This document shows positions 38,904-48,148 of a DNA stretch of 64,000 bases, piece after piece (position 1 is the stretch's first letter; each line of letters starts with the position of its first letter). The position numbers were made by a program, and so were the translations under genes. The notes beneath the pieces were generated by a model. It saw only the letters and a list, made by a program, of their open reading frames with translations. It was not told where the DNA came from and did not search any database. This DNA is from an uncultured delta proteobacterium. GTDB lineage: Bacteria > Desulfobacterota > Syntrophia > Syntrophales > Smithellaceae. The stretch covers positions 1 through 64,000 of the forward strand of contig CAVWEH010000005.1 of assembly GCA_963753975.1 (NCBI GenBank). Reading direction: 5' to 3'.

Positions 38904-40445
38904 ATGGAAACAAGATTACAGAAATGTAGAGAAATACTTAACAAATTTTTGCGAGAGTGGCCACTTGACAGAGTTAAGAGAATGGCTCTTGCAGATTATG
39001 TTGATACTGATAATCCTGAAACTTTTTGCCAATGGATTGAAACGCGGACACGACAACTCGGTAGCATTAAAGGACATTTCTCAAACAAATTTGGAATCTA
39101 CAAACGGAAAAATCCAAACGAGCAACCTTCAACTCTTATTTCGGACAGTGTTTATAGTTGGCGACATTATTATGGTAAGACAAGAGCAGAAGCTTTTCAA
39201 AATGTAAAGCAAGATATCATTAATATTATCGCCGCTGCACAACTTGGAAACTTTAGCGAAATTGATAACATACACCTAAATCATCTTGTAAAATGGAAAA
39301 TTGCATTTCTCTATTCTAACGAACAACTTGTTCCAATTTTCAAAAAGGATATTCTCTATGATATTGCAGAATATCAAGGATTAAAAAATGCGAGAGAATT
39401 GCCAATCGCACAACTTCAATCTTTAATTTTTAAAAATAAACCATCACACAAAAATATTTATCAATACGCAACGGACTTGTTCCATAAATTTGGCCCGAAG
39501 GAGAATGAAGAACCAGCATTTTACTTAATTGGTTCAAAATATGGTGAGAACAATGATCGTGATATGTTTCCATTAATGGAAGAATACAATGTTGTTTGTA
39601 CGGGTTTCGCTTGGGATTACGACTTGACTCATCTTTACCTAGCTGATGAGGAAGATATTGTTGATGAACTTAAAGACAAAGAAGAACCTAAATCATACAA
39701 TGCTCTAAGACAATTTTTGCAATTAAAACCAGGGGACATTGTAGCAATCAAATCTACTGGGGGCCCGAAGGCAAGGGAACCATTTTTAGAGATAATTGCT
39801 TACGCTCTTGTAGTAGAAAGAGATGGATTTGTTTATTGGCACGACGCTGAAAACTTCGGACACTGTATCAATGTTCAATACATCAAGACAGGCTTAAAGA
39901 AACAATTTAAATTAGGCGGTTATGGTAGGACTATTCATAGCATAAAAGACCAAGAACTGATTAATACACTTTTTGATAGTTATAAAAACGCAAGTTCAAG
40001 TGATGTAAGAGAGAAAATAAAAATAAGAAGGAGAACGAGAAAAGCCGTAACATCTAAAAATACTGCTGGACAAAGAAGAAAAGGCTCTGGTGCTTATGTA
40101 ACAAATCCAAAGCACAATAAAATACAACAACTATTCAAAGAATATTTGGAATCTGAATTTGGACATCACAATGTTCGTCTTGAAGAAAACAATGTTGATA
40201 TAAAATTATTTCAGTCTGACAGCGTCACACTTTATGAGGTAAAACCATATGACTTTGCAGAAGACTGTATAAAAAGTGGACTTGGACAATTATTATTTTA
40301 TCTTTCCATTGATACCGACAAACGAAAAAAGAAAATTAAAATAGCTGGACCTTATCCACCTGACGAGGATGAGAAAAAATTTATTGCGTTTCTTAAAAAT
40401 AACTTAACTGTTGACTTTGAATACGAGTATTTTGAAATTGAATAA
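38904..40445 (+). CDS. Putative restriction-type nuclease (McrB-N-like domain, PUA/EVE-like domain, C-terminal PD-(D/E)xK)
   Basis: LGSIKG..KFGIY; FLQLKPGDIVAIK; HNKIQ..VDI..YEVK..LGQLLFY; visibly AT-rich. Confidence 0.6.
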   Translation: METRLQKCREILNKFLREWPLDRVKRMALADYVDTDNPETFCQWIETRTRQLGSIKGHFSNKFGIYKRKNPNEQPSTLISDSVYSWRHYYGKTRAEAFQNVKQDIINIIAAAQLGNFSEIDNIHLNHLVKWKIAFLYSNEQLVPIFKKDILYDIAEYQGLKNARELPIAQLQSLIFKNKPSHKNIYQYATDLFHKFGPKENEEPAFYLIGSKYGENNDRDMFPLMEEYNVVCTGFAWDYDLTHLYLADEEDIVDELKDKEEPKSYNALRQFLQLKPGDIVAIKSTGGPKAREPFLEIIAYALVVERDGFVYWHDAENFGHCINVQYIKTGLKKQFKLGGYGRTIHSIKDQELINTLFDSYKNASSSDVREKIKIRRRTRKAVTSKNTAGQRRKGSGAYVTNPKHNKIQQLFKEYLESEFGHHNVRLEENNVDIKLFQSDSVTLYEVKPYDFAEDCIKSGLGQLLFYLSIDTDKRKKKIKIAGPYPPDEDEKKFIAFLKNNLTVDFEYEYFEIE

Positions 40446-40454
40446 GGACCATTT

Positions 40455-41018
40455 ATGAACAACAATGAAAATTATTTTCGGCAAAAGTTTAAAGAGTGCG
40501 GGAAATTTCTTAATGTTAAGCCAGCTAATCTAATTTCTCTTAAATATAGGGAAATGAGAGACCATCACTACTATATAGAATTACTTGGCCACCTAAAAAA
40601 TATCAAAGGTCTGGCAATTAAGGATATTGGCGACGCATTGAACGGTAAGGCTTATTTTGTTTCATATGGCAATCAAAATATAGTGTTAGTTGAACATGAA
40701 ACCGGTTTGGAAATATTATATATTGCCGGATCTATAGCCAGTTTAATAGGACTTGTTTTGCAAATTAGTTCAATGATCAGTAATCGCAGACAAAGATTCG
40801 ATTCATTTCCTTCATCCTTTGAGGATGTTGAAGTTAGATACTTTGACAATGCAGACAAACTTATTGAAGAACATAAACATCATTATTTACCTTATGAGAT
40901 TTTTTTACTGCCTCAATCAAATAATGCCGACACCGAACTATTGAGAAATAGAATAGCTAAGCTTGAAAAGAAAATAGATAGATTAACTAAGGAGCAAACA
41001 AAAAATAAAAAGAAATAA
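40455..41018 (+). CDS. Hypothetical protein (hydrophobic central helix, C-terminal coiled coil)
   Basis: 187 aa, 9 nt after the nuclease gene, AAGGA RBS. Confidence 0.75.
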   Translation: MNNNENYFRQKFKECGKFLNVKPANLISLKYREMRDHHYYIELLGHLKNIKGLAIKDIGDALNGKAYFVSYGNQNIVLVEHETGLEILYIAGSIASLIGLVLQISSMISNRRQRFDSFPSSFEDVEVRYFDNADKLIEEHKHHYLPYEIFLLPQSNNADTELLRNRIAKLEKKIDRLTKEQTKNKKK

Positions 41019-41048
41019 AGCAAACTTTTTTATATAGGAGGTATAACT

Positions 41049-41237
41049 ATGAAACGACCCGCATCATTAGTAGCAGCTATTTTATTTCTTTTGATGGCCA
41101 TTGCCCAATTGTGCCGCTTCTTTTTGCAGGTTAATATCGTCGCCGGAAGTGTGACCGTTCCCCTTTGGCCCAGCCCGATTGCCGCTGTAGTTCTGATATT
41201 GCTGGCTGTGTGGCTTTTGATCGAAAGACGTAAGTAG
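41049..41237 (+). CDS. Small two-TM membrane protein
   Basis: AGGAGG RBS, two hydrophobic segments. Confidence 0.7.
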   Translation: MKRPASLVAAILFLLMAIAQLCRFFLQVNIVAGSVTVPLWPSPIAAVVLILLAVWLLIERRK

Positions 41238-41434
41238 CACTAGAAAGTAAGATCACAAATTAGATTTCATAGCGTCTGCTATCTATGACACAGTGAGTAG
41301 TTGTGTTCACCGCGATGGGCAATTAAAACATTAAAAAGTATTGCGGAAAGGACTGGATTAACGGTAACAATCGGTAATTAATAAGCTCAACATCATATAA
41401 CTGAATTTTGAAGGTGATTGAACCGCTTTAAAAT

Positions 41435-43390
41435 TTAAATATCCCAGGTAAAGATCACGCCGCTGGTGGGGAAAATCCATTCCTTAGCAGAAACTTTCAC
41501 TCTAACAAATTTACCTTTACTTGAGATAACCGCAGGCGACGGATGTCTTCCGGCAAAAAAGCTTTCTGCTTTAACATTTTTCAGCTTTGCTTTTTTATAG
41601 CTGAAGTTAATATCCACACCTCTTGTAGGATAAACAAGATATACGGGGAAAATTTTGTTATCTTTTGACTGTTTGGTGGTAATTTCTATTTCGATTTTTG
41701 CCTCTTTGTTTATTTTCTCTTTGAGTTTCTCAGTGCCGCACCAGACTTCGTAGCCGCGCTCGGTTTTTTTTGCTTCAATGATAGGAATATTTTTGTCATC
41801 GACACGCACACGCTCAACGGTAAAATCGCGTTCCATGACCAAATTCCCGCCGTCGCTCAGAAGCCAGCGGTATTCGCAGCGCGGGTCTTCAAACAATTTT
41901 GCCAATTGCGAATTGTTCAGCGCGCAGCCGATCATAAAAACATTGTTTCTGATTGTTTTTTTATACTCGATGCGGGTGTTGACGCGAAAATAATGTTCGG
42001 CGTTCGCGCCGTTTTTTCTTCTCGTCGGAATTTGCGCAATGCGGATATTGTAGCGAAAACCGGAACGCAATTCGAGCTGGCGGTCTTCCTTGCCGAAAAG
42101 TGTTTCAAACATTTCGTAGTAGATGGCATTGCCCAACTCCTCATCGTGCGCACGCGCCTGCAGACAATGGCGGATAATATTGTCGATGCGGGAGATGGAT
42201 TTTTCCTCGTCCGGGACAAATATTCGTCTCAGCCGCGGCTCTATCGTATCGGTTTTCCCTTTCTGCAGAAATACTCGCGGCGCTCTTTTACCTAAAGCGC
42301 AAAGAACTTCATAGCTGATAGTCTTTGCTTTTTGGGCAATCTCGTTGGCACTGATGTATTCCTTGCCCTGCCTGCCCAAAAGGACAACCTCGTCGCCCAC
42401 AGCACAGCGGGGAACATCGGTAACATCGATTGTGCACATATCCATCGAAATCCTTCCGACAATCGGCGCGCGCCGGCCGCGGATCAAAGCCTCGCCCTGG
42501 TTGGAAAGAATAAAAGCATAGCCGTCCCCATAGCCTACCGGAATAGTGGCGATGCGGGTTTTTCTTTCAGTTACATAGGTACTGCCGTAACCGATGCCAT
42601 ATCCTTCAGGAAAATCTTTCAATAAAACAACACTGGTCTTAAAGGACATCACCGGGAGAAGCTTTGCTTTGAACTCAGTTTCCCCAGAAGGATAAATTCC
42701 GTAAGCCATGAGACCGGGACGCACCATATTCAGTTTGAATTCGGGGTAATTTAAAATAGCGCCGCTGTTATCTATATGCCGGAGGGGAATGTTTATTCCC
42801 AGGCTCTCGAGGGAGGCAAGAACATCCGAAAACAGATGCCATTGCTTATCATTGTAAGGAAGCATAACTTCGCTTGAAGCAAAATGGCTGAAGACCCCTT
42901 CCAGCTCAATATTGGACAGCTTGGCTATTTTCAGGATAAGCTTCAACGCTTCGGTGTGCATAGTTCCGCCACGCCCCATACCGGTGTCCACTTCAATATG
43001 CACAGGTAATTTTCGATTCGATTTTTTCAACGCTTTATGCAGCTTTTTGGCGAAATCGGCATCCGAAACGGAAGGGGTGAGCTTGTATTTGATAATCTCA
43101 TCGATTTCGGCTGTGGTTGACGGCCCTAAAATAACGATTGGCGCCTCTATGCCGCTTATTCTCAATTGAACGCCTTCGTCCGCGTTGGCTACGCCGAACA
43201 TCTTCGCACCGTTTTTTAAGGCGGCATTCGATATTTCTATGGCGCCGTGCCCATAAGCATCGGCTTTGACGGCCGGCATAAAATCAACTTGCGGTCCGAT
43301 CAGTCTTTTTATTTCCTTTAGATTACCGATGAAATTATCCAGATCAACTTCTACCCAGCTGCGATATTTCTGTTCTGTTTTTAACGGCAT
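41435..43390 (-). CDS. alr: Alanine racemase with ~280-aa C-terminal extension
   Basis: AVKADAYGHG, VDTGMGR, VRPG, GYGSTY, GYGDG, GRISMD, TISYE. Confidence 0.92.
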   Translation of the reverse strand: MPLKTEQKYRSWVEVDLDNFIGNLKEIKRLIGPQVDFMPAVKADAYGHGAIEISNAALKNGAKMFGVANADEGVQLRISGIEAPIVILGPSTTAEIDEIIKYKLTPSVSDADFAKKLHKALKKSNRKLPVHIEVDTGMGRGGTMHTEALKLILKIAKLSNIELEGVFSHFASSEVMLPYNDKQWHLFSDVLASLESLGINIPLRHIDNSGAILNYPEFKLNMVRPGLMAYGIYPSGETEFKAKLLPVMSFKTSVVLLKDFPEGYGIGYGSTYVTERKTRIATIPVGYGDGYAFILSNQGEALIRGRRAPIVGRISMDMCTIDVTDVPRCAVGDEVVLLGRQGKEYISANEIAQKAKTISYEVLCALGKRAPRVFLQKGKTDTIEPRLRRIFVPDEEKSISRIDNIIRHCLQARAHDEELGNAIYYEMFETLFGKEDRQLELRSGFRYNIRIAQIPTRRKNGANAEHYFRVNTRIEYKKTIRNNVFMIGCALNNSQLAKLFEDPRCEYRWLLSDGGNLVMERDFTVERVRVDDKNIPIIEAKKTERGYEVWCGTEKLKEKINKEAKIEIEITTKQSKDNKIFPVYLVYPTRGVDINFSYKKAKLKNVKAESFFAGRHPSPAVISSKGKFVRVKVSAKEWIFPTSGVIFTWDI

Positions 43391-43785
43391 ATATATTCAG
43401 TCCGAGAGATAATTATCACTTCGTTTTCATGGTCAATACCCCGTCCCGAGGCTGGGCCGGCGGCTTTGGCTCCCGACACTTTTAATTAATCTATTAATTT
43501 AGCCATAGTGGTTCTGGGCCAGGGTCAGCGGCCAAGCTCTGAAATGCTTTTCTCGTCATGGTTAAATATTTTATACTATGCATCACCTAAAACATTATTT
43601 TAATTGAAGCTTACCGCCGCAGAATCATATCAAACCGTTGATGAAAGTCAAGCTGTCTATGCTTTTCAAAAAATAAGCAAAAACAGCAAATATGTGCTTG
43701 AAAGAAAAAATTATTTTAATTAAAATTAAATAAGTGATACTGGTGGATAAATATCCAACATATAAAGATCGAGGAGGAAAGGCAA

Positions 43786-44040
43786 ATGTCGAAAGCAAAG
43801 ACCGGAGATGTTCTTAGTTGTGAAGTATGCGGACTTACCGTAATCGTGGACGAAGAATGCGGGTGTGCTGCGGTCGGAGTTACCTGCTGCGAGGAACCCA
43901 TGATCAACAAGGGACCGGCAGCGCCAAAGAAAAAAGCCTTATTAAAGAAAACAAAATCGACAACAAAAAAGAAAATGGCGAAAAAGAAACCCGCAAAAAA
44001 ACCACCGGCAAAAAAGAAGGCAACTAAAAAAAGAAGATAA
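43786..44040 (+). CDS. Small Cys-rich metal-binding domain with Lys/Ala/Pro-rich tail
   Basis: GAGGAGG RBS; CEVCG..CGC..CC..PM, then KKK-rich tail. Confidence 0.8.
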   Translation: MSKAKTGDVLSCEVCGLTVIVDEECGCAAVGVTCCEEPMINKGPAAPKKKALLKKTKSTTKKKMAKKKPAKKPPAKKKATKKRR

Positions 44041-44067
44041 TTAACCGTTGTGGTGACTTCTCTGTTT

Positions 44068-44096
44068 TTATAGAGCCTCCTTGTGGGGCTCTATAA
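44068..44096 (+). terminator. Probable terminator hairpin
   Basis: TTATAGAGCCTC-CTTGT-GGGGCTCTATAA with T-rich sequence shortly downstream. Confidence 0.6.
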
Positions 44097-44185
44097 CCTG
44101 TACTTTTTACAAAAGCGACGGCAATTACATTGATATTTCCGACAGGAAGTCCTTTAATTTTCTCCGCAGGCAAATATTTCTATCA

Positions 44186-44313
44186 GTGGAGCCCCTCTGG
44201 TCGCAGATGCCCTTTAGGTTACAGGAGCCGGAGGCTCCCTAAAATAATGAGACCCCCCGGGTTACGGTGTTTTCTTCCCTCGGCCGAAACCGGGGGATTT
44301 CAAGTCGCGGGAT
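44186..44313 (+). repeat. Repeat family 2, copy 2
   Basis: Aligns to 37021-37152; ends just before the SRAP RBS. Confidence 0.88.
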
Positions 44314-44322
44314 TGAGGAAAT

Positions 44323-44943
44323 ATGTGTGGAAGATTTGTTTTAATGAGTAATGCGGCTAAAATTGCCGAGGAATTTAATTTAGCCGCCGTCACCTCGTCG
44401 CCCATCCCTTCAGGAGATATTCACCCCAGTGAAAAAGCCGTCTGCATAGTGAGCGAAGACAAGAAGAACATCCTGCAGGTTTGGCGATGGGGATTTTTTT
44501 CGCGCCAGCCGAAGCCGACGACAAAATCCGCATTACTGATCAATGCCCGTGCGGAAACTCTGGCTGTAAAGCCAACTTTCCGGGAAACTTTTCAAAAAAG
44601 AAGGTGCCTGGTAGTCGCTGACGGATTCTACGAGTGGTCCAAAGAAAAAAAGCCGTATTATTTTTATCTACAAAGCCACAGACCTTTCGGATTAGCGGGC
44701 ATCTGCGACGAACCGCAACTTCCGGCAACAGGCCGTGAGGCTTCTTTCGTCATTATCACCACCAGCCCCAACCGGCTCGTCTCCCCCATCCATAACCGCA
44801 TGCCGGCTATTATCCCGCATGATGAACAAGCTCTATGGTTGGATAACAAAAAATACAACGAATCAGAATTGCAATCCCTAATGACGCCTTATCCGGCGCA
44901 AGAGATGGAAATGCGACCGGCAGCCTTTATTACCGGCCATTAA
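44323..44943 (+). CDS. SOS response-associated peptidase (SRAP/YedK family)
   Basis: MCGRF N-terminus, INARAET, RRCL..GFYEW, IHNRMP. Confidence 0.95.
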   Translation: MCGRFVLMSNAAKIAEEFNLAAVTSSPIPSGDIHPSEKAVCIVSEDKKNILQVWRWGFFSRQPKPTTKSALLINARAETLAVKPTFRETFQKRRCLVVADGFYEWSKEKKPYYFYLQSHRPFGLAGICDEPQLPATGREASFVIITTSPNRLVSPIHNRMPAIIPHDEQALWLDNKKYNESELQSLMTPYPAQEMEMRPAAFITGH

Positions 44944-45019
44944 GTGGAGCCCCCTCCGGCGGGTTACGGCGCTTTCCTCCCCCGGCCGGAACAGTGGGAT
45001 TCCAAGTCGCGGGATCCAC
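44944..45019 (+). repeat. Repeat family 2, copy 3 (lacks the internal module)
   Basis: GTGGAGCCCC..GGGTTACGG..GGGATTCCAAGTCGCGGGATCCAC; GTGGA/TCCAC ends. Confidence 0.8.
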
Positions 45020-45028
45020 GCCTTTTTC

Positions 45029-45817
45029 TCATCGTTCTTTTCCCCATAAACAAATCGGCAGCCTCATCTGCGGCAATTTGTCGCCTTCATACAATATTTT
45101 TTCCAGGAACAATCCGGAAGGCGGGGCGGTATATCCGGCGGGAATTGAGGAATAAGATTCGAGCATCAATTCTATATCGCGGATAGAGAAATTGCCGCGG
45201 CCGGCCTCGACAGTAATTCCCACTATGCGCCGCACCATTTTCCAGAGAAAATGAGAAGCAACAAAACGCAGGGCGATAATGTCCTCGAATTCTTTTAACT
45301 CCACTCTTTCCATTTTGACTTCCGTGGATGTGTCTTTATCCATCCTTTTATCGGCAAAAGAGATAAAATTATGGAATCCCTGAAAAATGCCCAGCGACTT
45401 TTGCATCTTGCCGAGATCGAGCTTGTCTTTGATCCACCAGACATAACGCTTGCCGAAAGCGGTGCGTCTCTTCGCGATTAGATATAGGTAACTCCGGCCA
45501 AGGGCGTTATGGCGCGCGTGAAATCGCTCCGGGACATTTTCGATCTGCAATATATTAATGCTCGCGGGTAAGTTATCATTAAGGCCGATACGAAGAGTCT
45601 CCGTATTAATTTTCCTGGAGGCTTTCAGATGCGCTACTTGCGCCAAAGCGTGAACCCCGCTATCCGTGCGTCCGGCTCCCTGAATTTCTACCGGCGTCCC
45701 TAAAACATTTTGTGCCGCACCGGTTAAAGTTCCTTGAATACTTTTGGCATTTTTCTGCGTTTGCCAGCCGCTGTAATTGGTTCCGTCGTATTCCAAAATA
45801 ATTTTATAATTATACAT
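45029..45817 (-). CDS. truA: tRNA pseudouridine(38-40) synthase
   Basis: EYDGTNYSGWQ, AGRTDSGVHA, FHARH, FLWKMVR. Confidence 0.95.
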   Translation of the reverse strand: MYNYKIILEYDGTNYSGWQTQKNAKSIQGTLTGAAQNVLGTPVEIQGAGRTDSGVHALAQVAHLKASRKINTETLRIGLNDNLPASINILQIENVPERFHARHNALGRSYLYLIAKRRTAFGKRYVWWIKDKLDLGKMQKSLGIFQGFHNFISFADKRMDKDTSTEVKMERVELKEFEDIIALRFVASHFLWKMVRRIVGITVEAGRGNFSIRDIELMLESYSSIPAGYTAPPSGLFLEKILYEGDKLPQMRLPICLWGKER

Positions 45818-45818
45818 T

Positions 45819-45980
45819 CAATGACACTCGCTGACTATAGGAAGCGTTAGTTGAATTGATCCCGCCATATAAGGCGGATGGTATCACAGATACCCGTGAT
45901 TAATGAAACTCAGATATTACCAGCGAAGCGCAGCAATATTTGCAAGTTGAATTGATCCCGTAGCCAAGGCTATCGGGATA
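45819..45980 (+). repeat. Composite hairpin repeat locus D (short unit 45819-45858, full unit 45901-45954)
   Basis: CAATGA..GAATTG, then ATCCCGCC..GGCGGA..ATACCCGTGAT, then TAATGA AACT CAGATATTAC CA GCGAAGC GCA GCAATATTTG CA AGTT GAATTG, then ATCCCGTAGCCAAGGCTATCGGGAT. Confidence 0.85.
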
Positions 45981-45998
45981 CTCTAAATACCGCTCGGT

Positions 45999-47384
45999 TC
46001 AGGGCTTATCCTGAGAGTCAATACTACCTTGTTTTGGCCGCTGACTTTGATTATAAGGCACCAATACACTCATAGCGGAAATTCTGTTCAGTAAATAGTC
46101 TTCCTGCTGGTCAATGAAATTTAACTCATATCCGAGACGCAAAGTGGTAATTACGGCTTGCCCGATGATTTTTCTGCTTTCTTTGCCTGCAGAATCTCTT
46201 GTTTTTATGCCCCAAATATTATGGAAAATAAGCGCATGACCGTTATATTCGCCAATGTACAGCATGACATGACCTTTTCGCCAGAGCAAACTCAAATAAG
46301 GAATTCCTTTCTCCAAAATGATTTTTTCCTTTTGTTCGGGAGAAAGACCTTGCAGTTCTATGTAATTCCCCACTTCTTTAACTTGATCTTCCGAGTGCCG
46401 CGGCAGCCAGATACCGAAAGGGGCAAAAAAATCTCTCGTCATGGACGAACAATCCCGATTGCCGTAAAGACCGCCCCAGCCATAAGATTCGCCGATTAAT
46501 TCATCGCCAATCTTTGCTGCGTTGGCATAATTGAAACGCAAAGGTTTGACCGCCGAAATTTCCCGGCTAACGAAGCCGTGCTTGATTATGGCATTCGTGT
46601 TTTTATCAGTCGCCGCAACAAGTATTTCCAGTTTATCCGGCATTTCTTCAATTAAGGGGAAAATATAGCCGAGTGAGGATCTCAGAATGAAATTATCGTC
46701 GGCATCCAAAATAGAAGTTTGATCCCTGGTAATTACGGCATAACGGCCGGACTCCCATGTTTTTATGAAGCCGGCATCGACACGCGCAAAGTCCTCGACA
46801 GGTATCCAGCCGAAAGTATAACAGGTTTCCACAAGAGCCCAAGCTTTGTCGGCACTGATATGGCAAACAAATATAGGCGTATTTGCGGCCACAGACGACC
46901 TCTGCAAATTATCAAAAGGCCAGCCGGAGTTATCGCCTTCGGGGCTACTAAAGTGCGGACCCTGTACGGGCAGAACGCGGAGATTGGTGTTTCGTGTTGT
47001 TATGGCAAAATATAGTGCATTGGGATAGGTTTTTAAAAAAGCATTTTGCTGGAGTTTTTTTATCCAAGCCTTAGAATGTTTTATTTTGTTTTCACCGTAA
47101 CCAAGGCTTACGCTGAATTTTTTAAAATCAAGAGATACTCTTTCGGGCAAAGCATAAAAAGGCTGACACTGGTGCCAAACAGAAAAGTAAATAATGTTAT
47201 AATCTTCATCCATTAGCGATTGAGTTTCTGCCGCAAGAATATCTTTTGCCTTGACCGCATCACTCAAATAAAAAGCATGACTTTGATGCAACTCGCTTAC
47301 GTCTTTGACAATATCTGCCTGCTTCAAACAACCGGCCAGCAGAAAGAAAATCGGCAAAACAGCAAAAGGAGTTCGTATTTTCAT
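45999..47384 (-). CDS. NlpC/P60 lipoprotein with SH3 domains (peptidoglycan endopeptidase)
   Basis: LAGC lipobox, YGWGG..RDCS, LPRHS, GHVMLY. Confidence 0.9.
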   Translation of the reverse strand: MKIRTPFAVLPIFFLLAGCLKQADIVKDVSELHQSHAFYLSDAVKAKDILAAETQSLMDEDYNIIYFSVWHQCQPFYALPERVSLDFKKFSVSLGYGENKIKHSKAWIKKLQQNAFLKTYPNALYFAITTRNTNLRVLPVQGPHFSSPEGDNSGWPFDNLQRSSVAANTPIFVCHISADKAWALVETCYTFGWIPVEDFARVDAGFIKTWESGRYAVITRDQTSILDADDNFILRSSLGYIFPLIEEMPDKLEILVAATDKNTNAIIKHGFVSREISAVKPLRFNYANAAKIGDELIGESYGWGGLYGNRDCSSMTRDFFAPFGIWLPRHSEDQVKEVGNYIELQGLSPEQKEKIILEKGIPYLSLLWRKGHVMLYIGEYNGHALIFHNIWGIKTRDSAGKESRKIIGQAVITTLRLGYELNFIDQQEDYLLNRISAMSVLVPYNQSQRPKQGSIDSQDKP

Positions 47385-47562
47385 GAAAAAATACCTTGAT
47401 TTAATTTTATAGGTTTTTATAGTCTTTTTTTAAGTTTTGAGCAAGATTAAAGAACGATGAATAATTTTTTTTCAGCAGTTGATAAATAATTTTGTGGCAT
47501 AAGATATCGAACACTGATATAAATGAAATAAATATTTCGGACGGGAAGAAAGGAGTTGACAG

Positions 47563-48111
47563 GTGGAAGATTTTGTACCCAGAAGAATTTTTTTTACAAA
47601 AGGGGTCGGCACGCACAAAGATGAATTGCACTCCTTTGAACGTGCCTTAAGAGATGCAGGAATAGAAAAATGCAATTTGGTGCAGGTATCCAGTATATTT
47701 CCGCCTCGCTGCAAAATAACTTCCAAGTCGCAGGGACTCAAAGGCTTAGTACCCGGAGCCATTACCTATTGCGTCATGAGTCGCTGCTGCACCAATGAAC
47801 CTAAAAGGCTCCTGGCGGCATCCGTTGGTTGCGCCATCCCTGCTGATAAAGCATCTTATGGATATATAAGCGAGCATCACGCGTATGGTCAAACCGAAAA
47901 ACAAGCGGGCGACTACGCGGAGGACTTGGCTGCGGCCATGCTGGCCTCCACTTTGGGAATTGATTTCAATGTGGACGAAGGCTGGGATGAAAAAAAGGAA
48001 ATTTTTAAAATAAGCGGCAAGATTGTTCGTACCCTCAACGTAACCCAATCAACAATTTGTAAAGATAGTCAATACACCACGGTAATGGCTGCGGCTGTGT
48101 ACGTCTTTTAG
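47563..48111 (+). CDS. pdaD: Pyruvoyl-dependent arginine decarboxylase
   Basis: [25 protein letters not shown] (Ser-Ser cleavage site), YGYISEHH. Confidence 0.9.
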   Translation: MEDFVPRRIFFTKGVGTHKDELHSFERALRDAGIEKCNLVQVSSIFPPRCKITSKSQGLKGLVPGAITYCVMSRCCTNEPKRLLAASVGCAIPADKASYGYISEHHAYGQTEKQAGDYAEDLAAAMLASTLGIDFNVDEGWDEKKEIFKISGKIVRTLNVTQSTICKDSQYTTVMAAAVYVF

Positions 48112-48148
48112 ATATGGGCTGATAGGAATCGGCAACGGCAAGAATTGT

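Noticed and set aside
43440..43560. GC-rich patches upstream of alr as a possible riboswitch
   Set aside because: No convincing fold or known motif found
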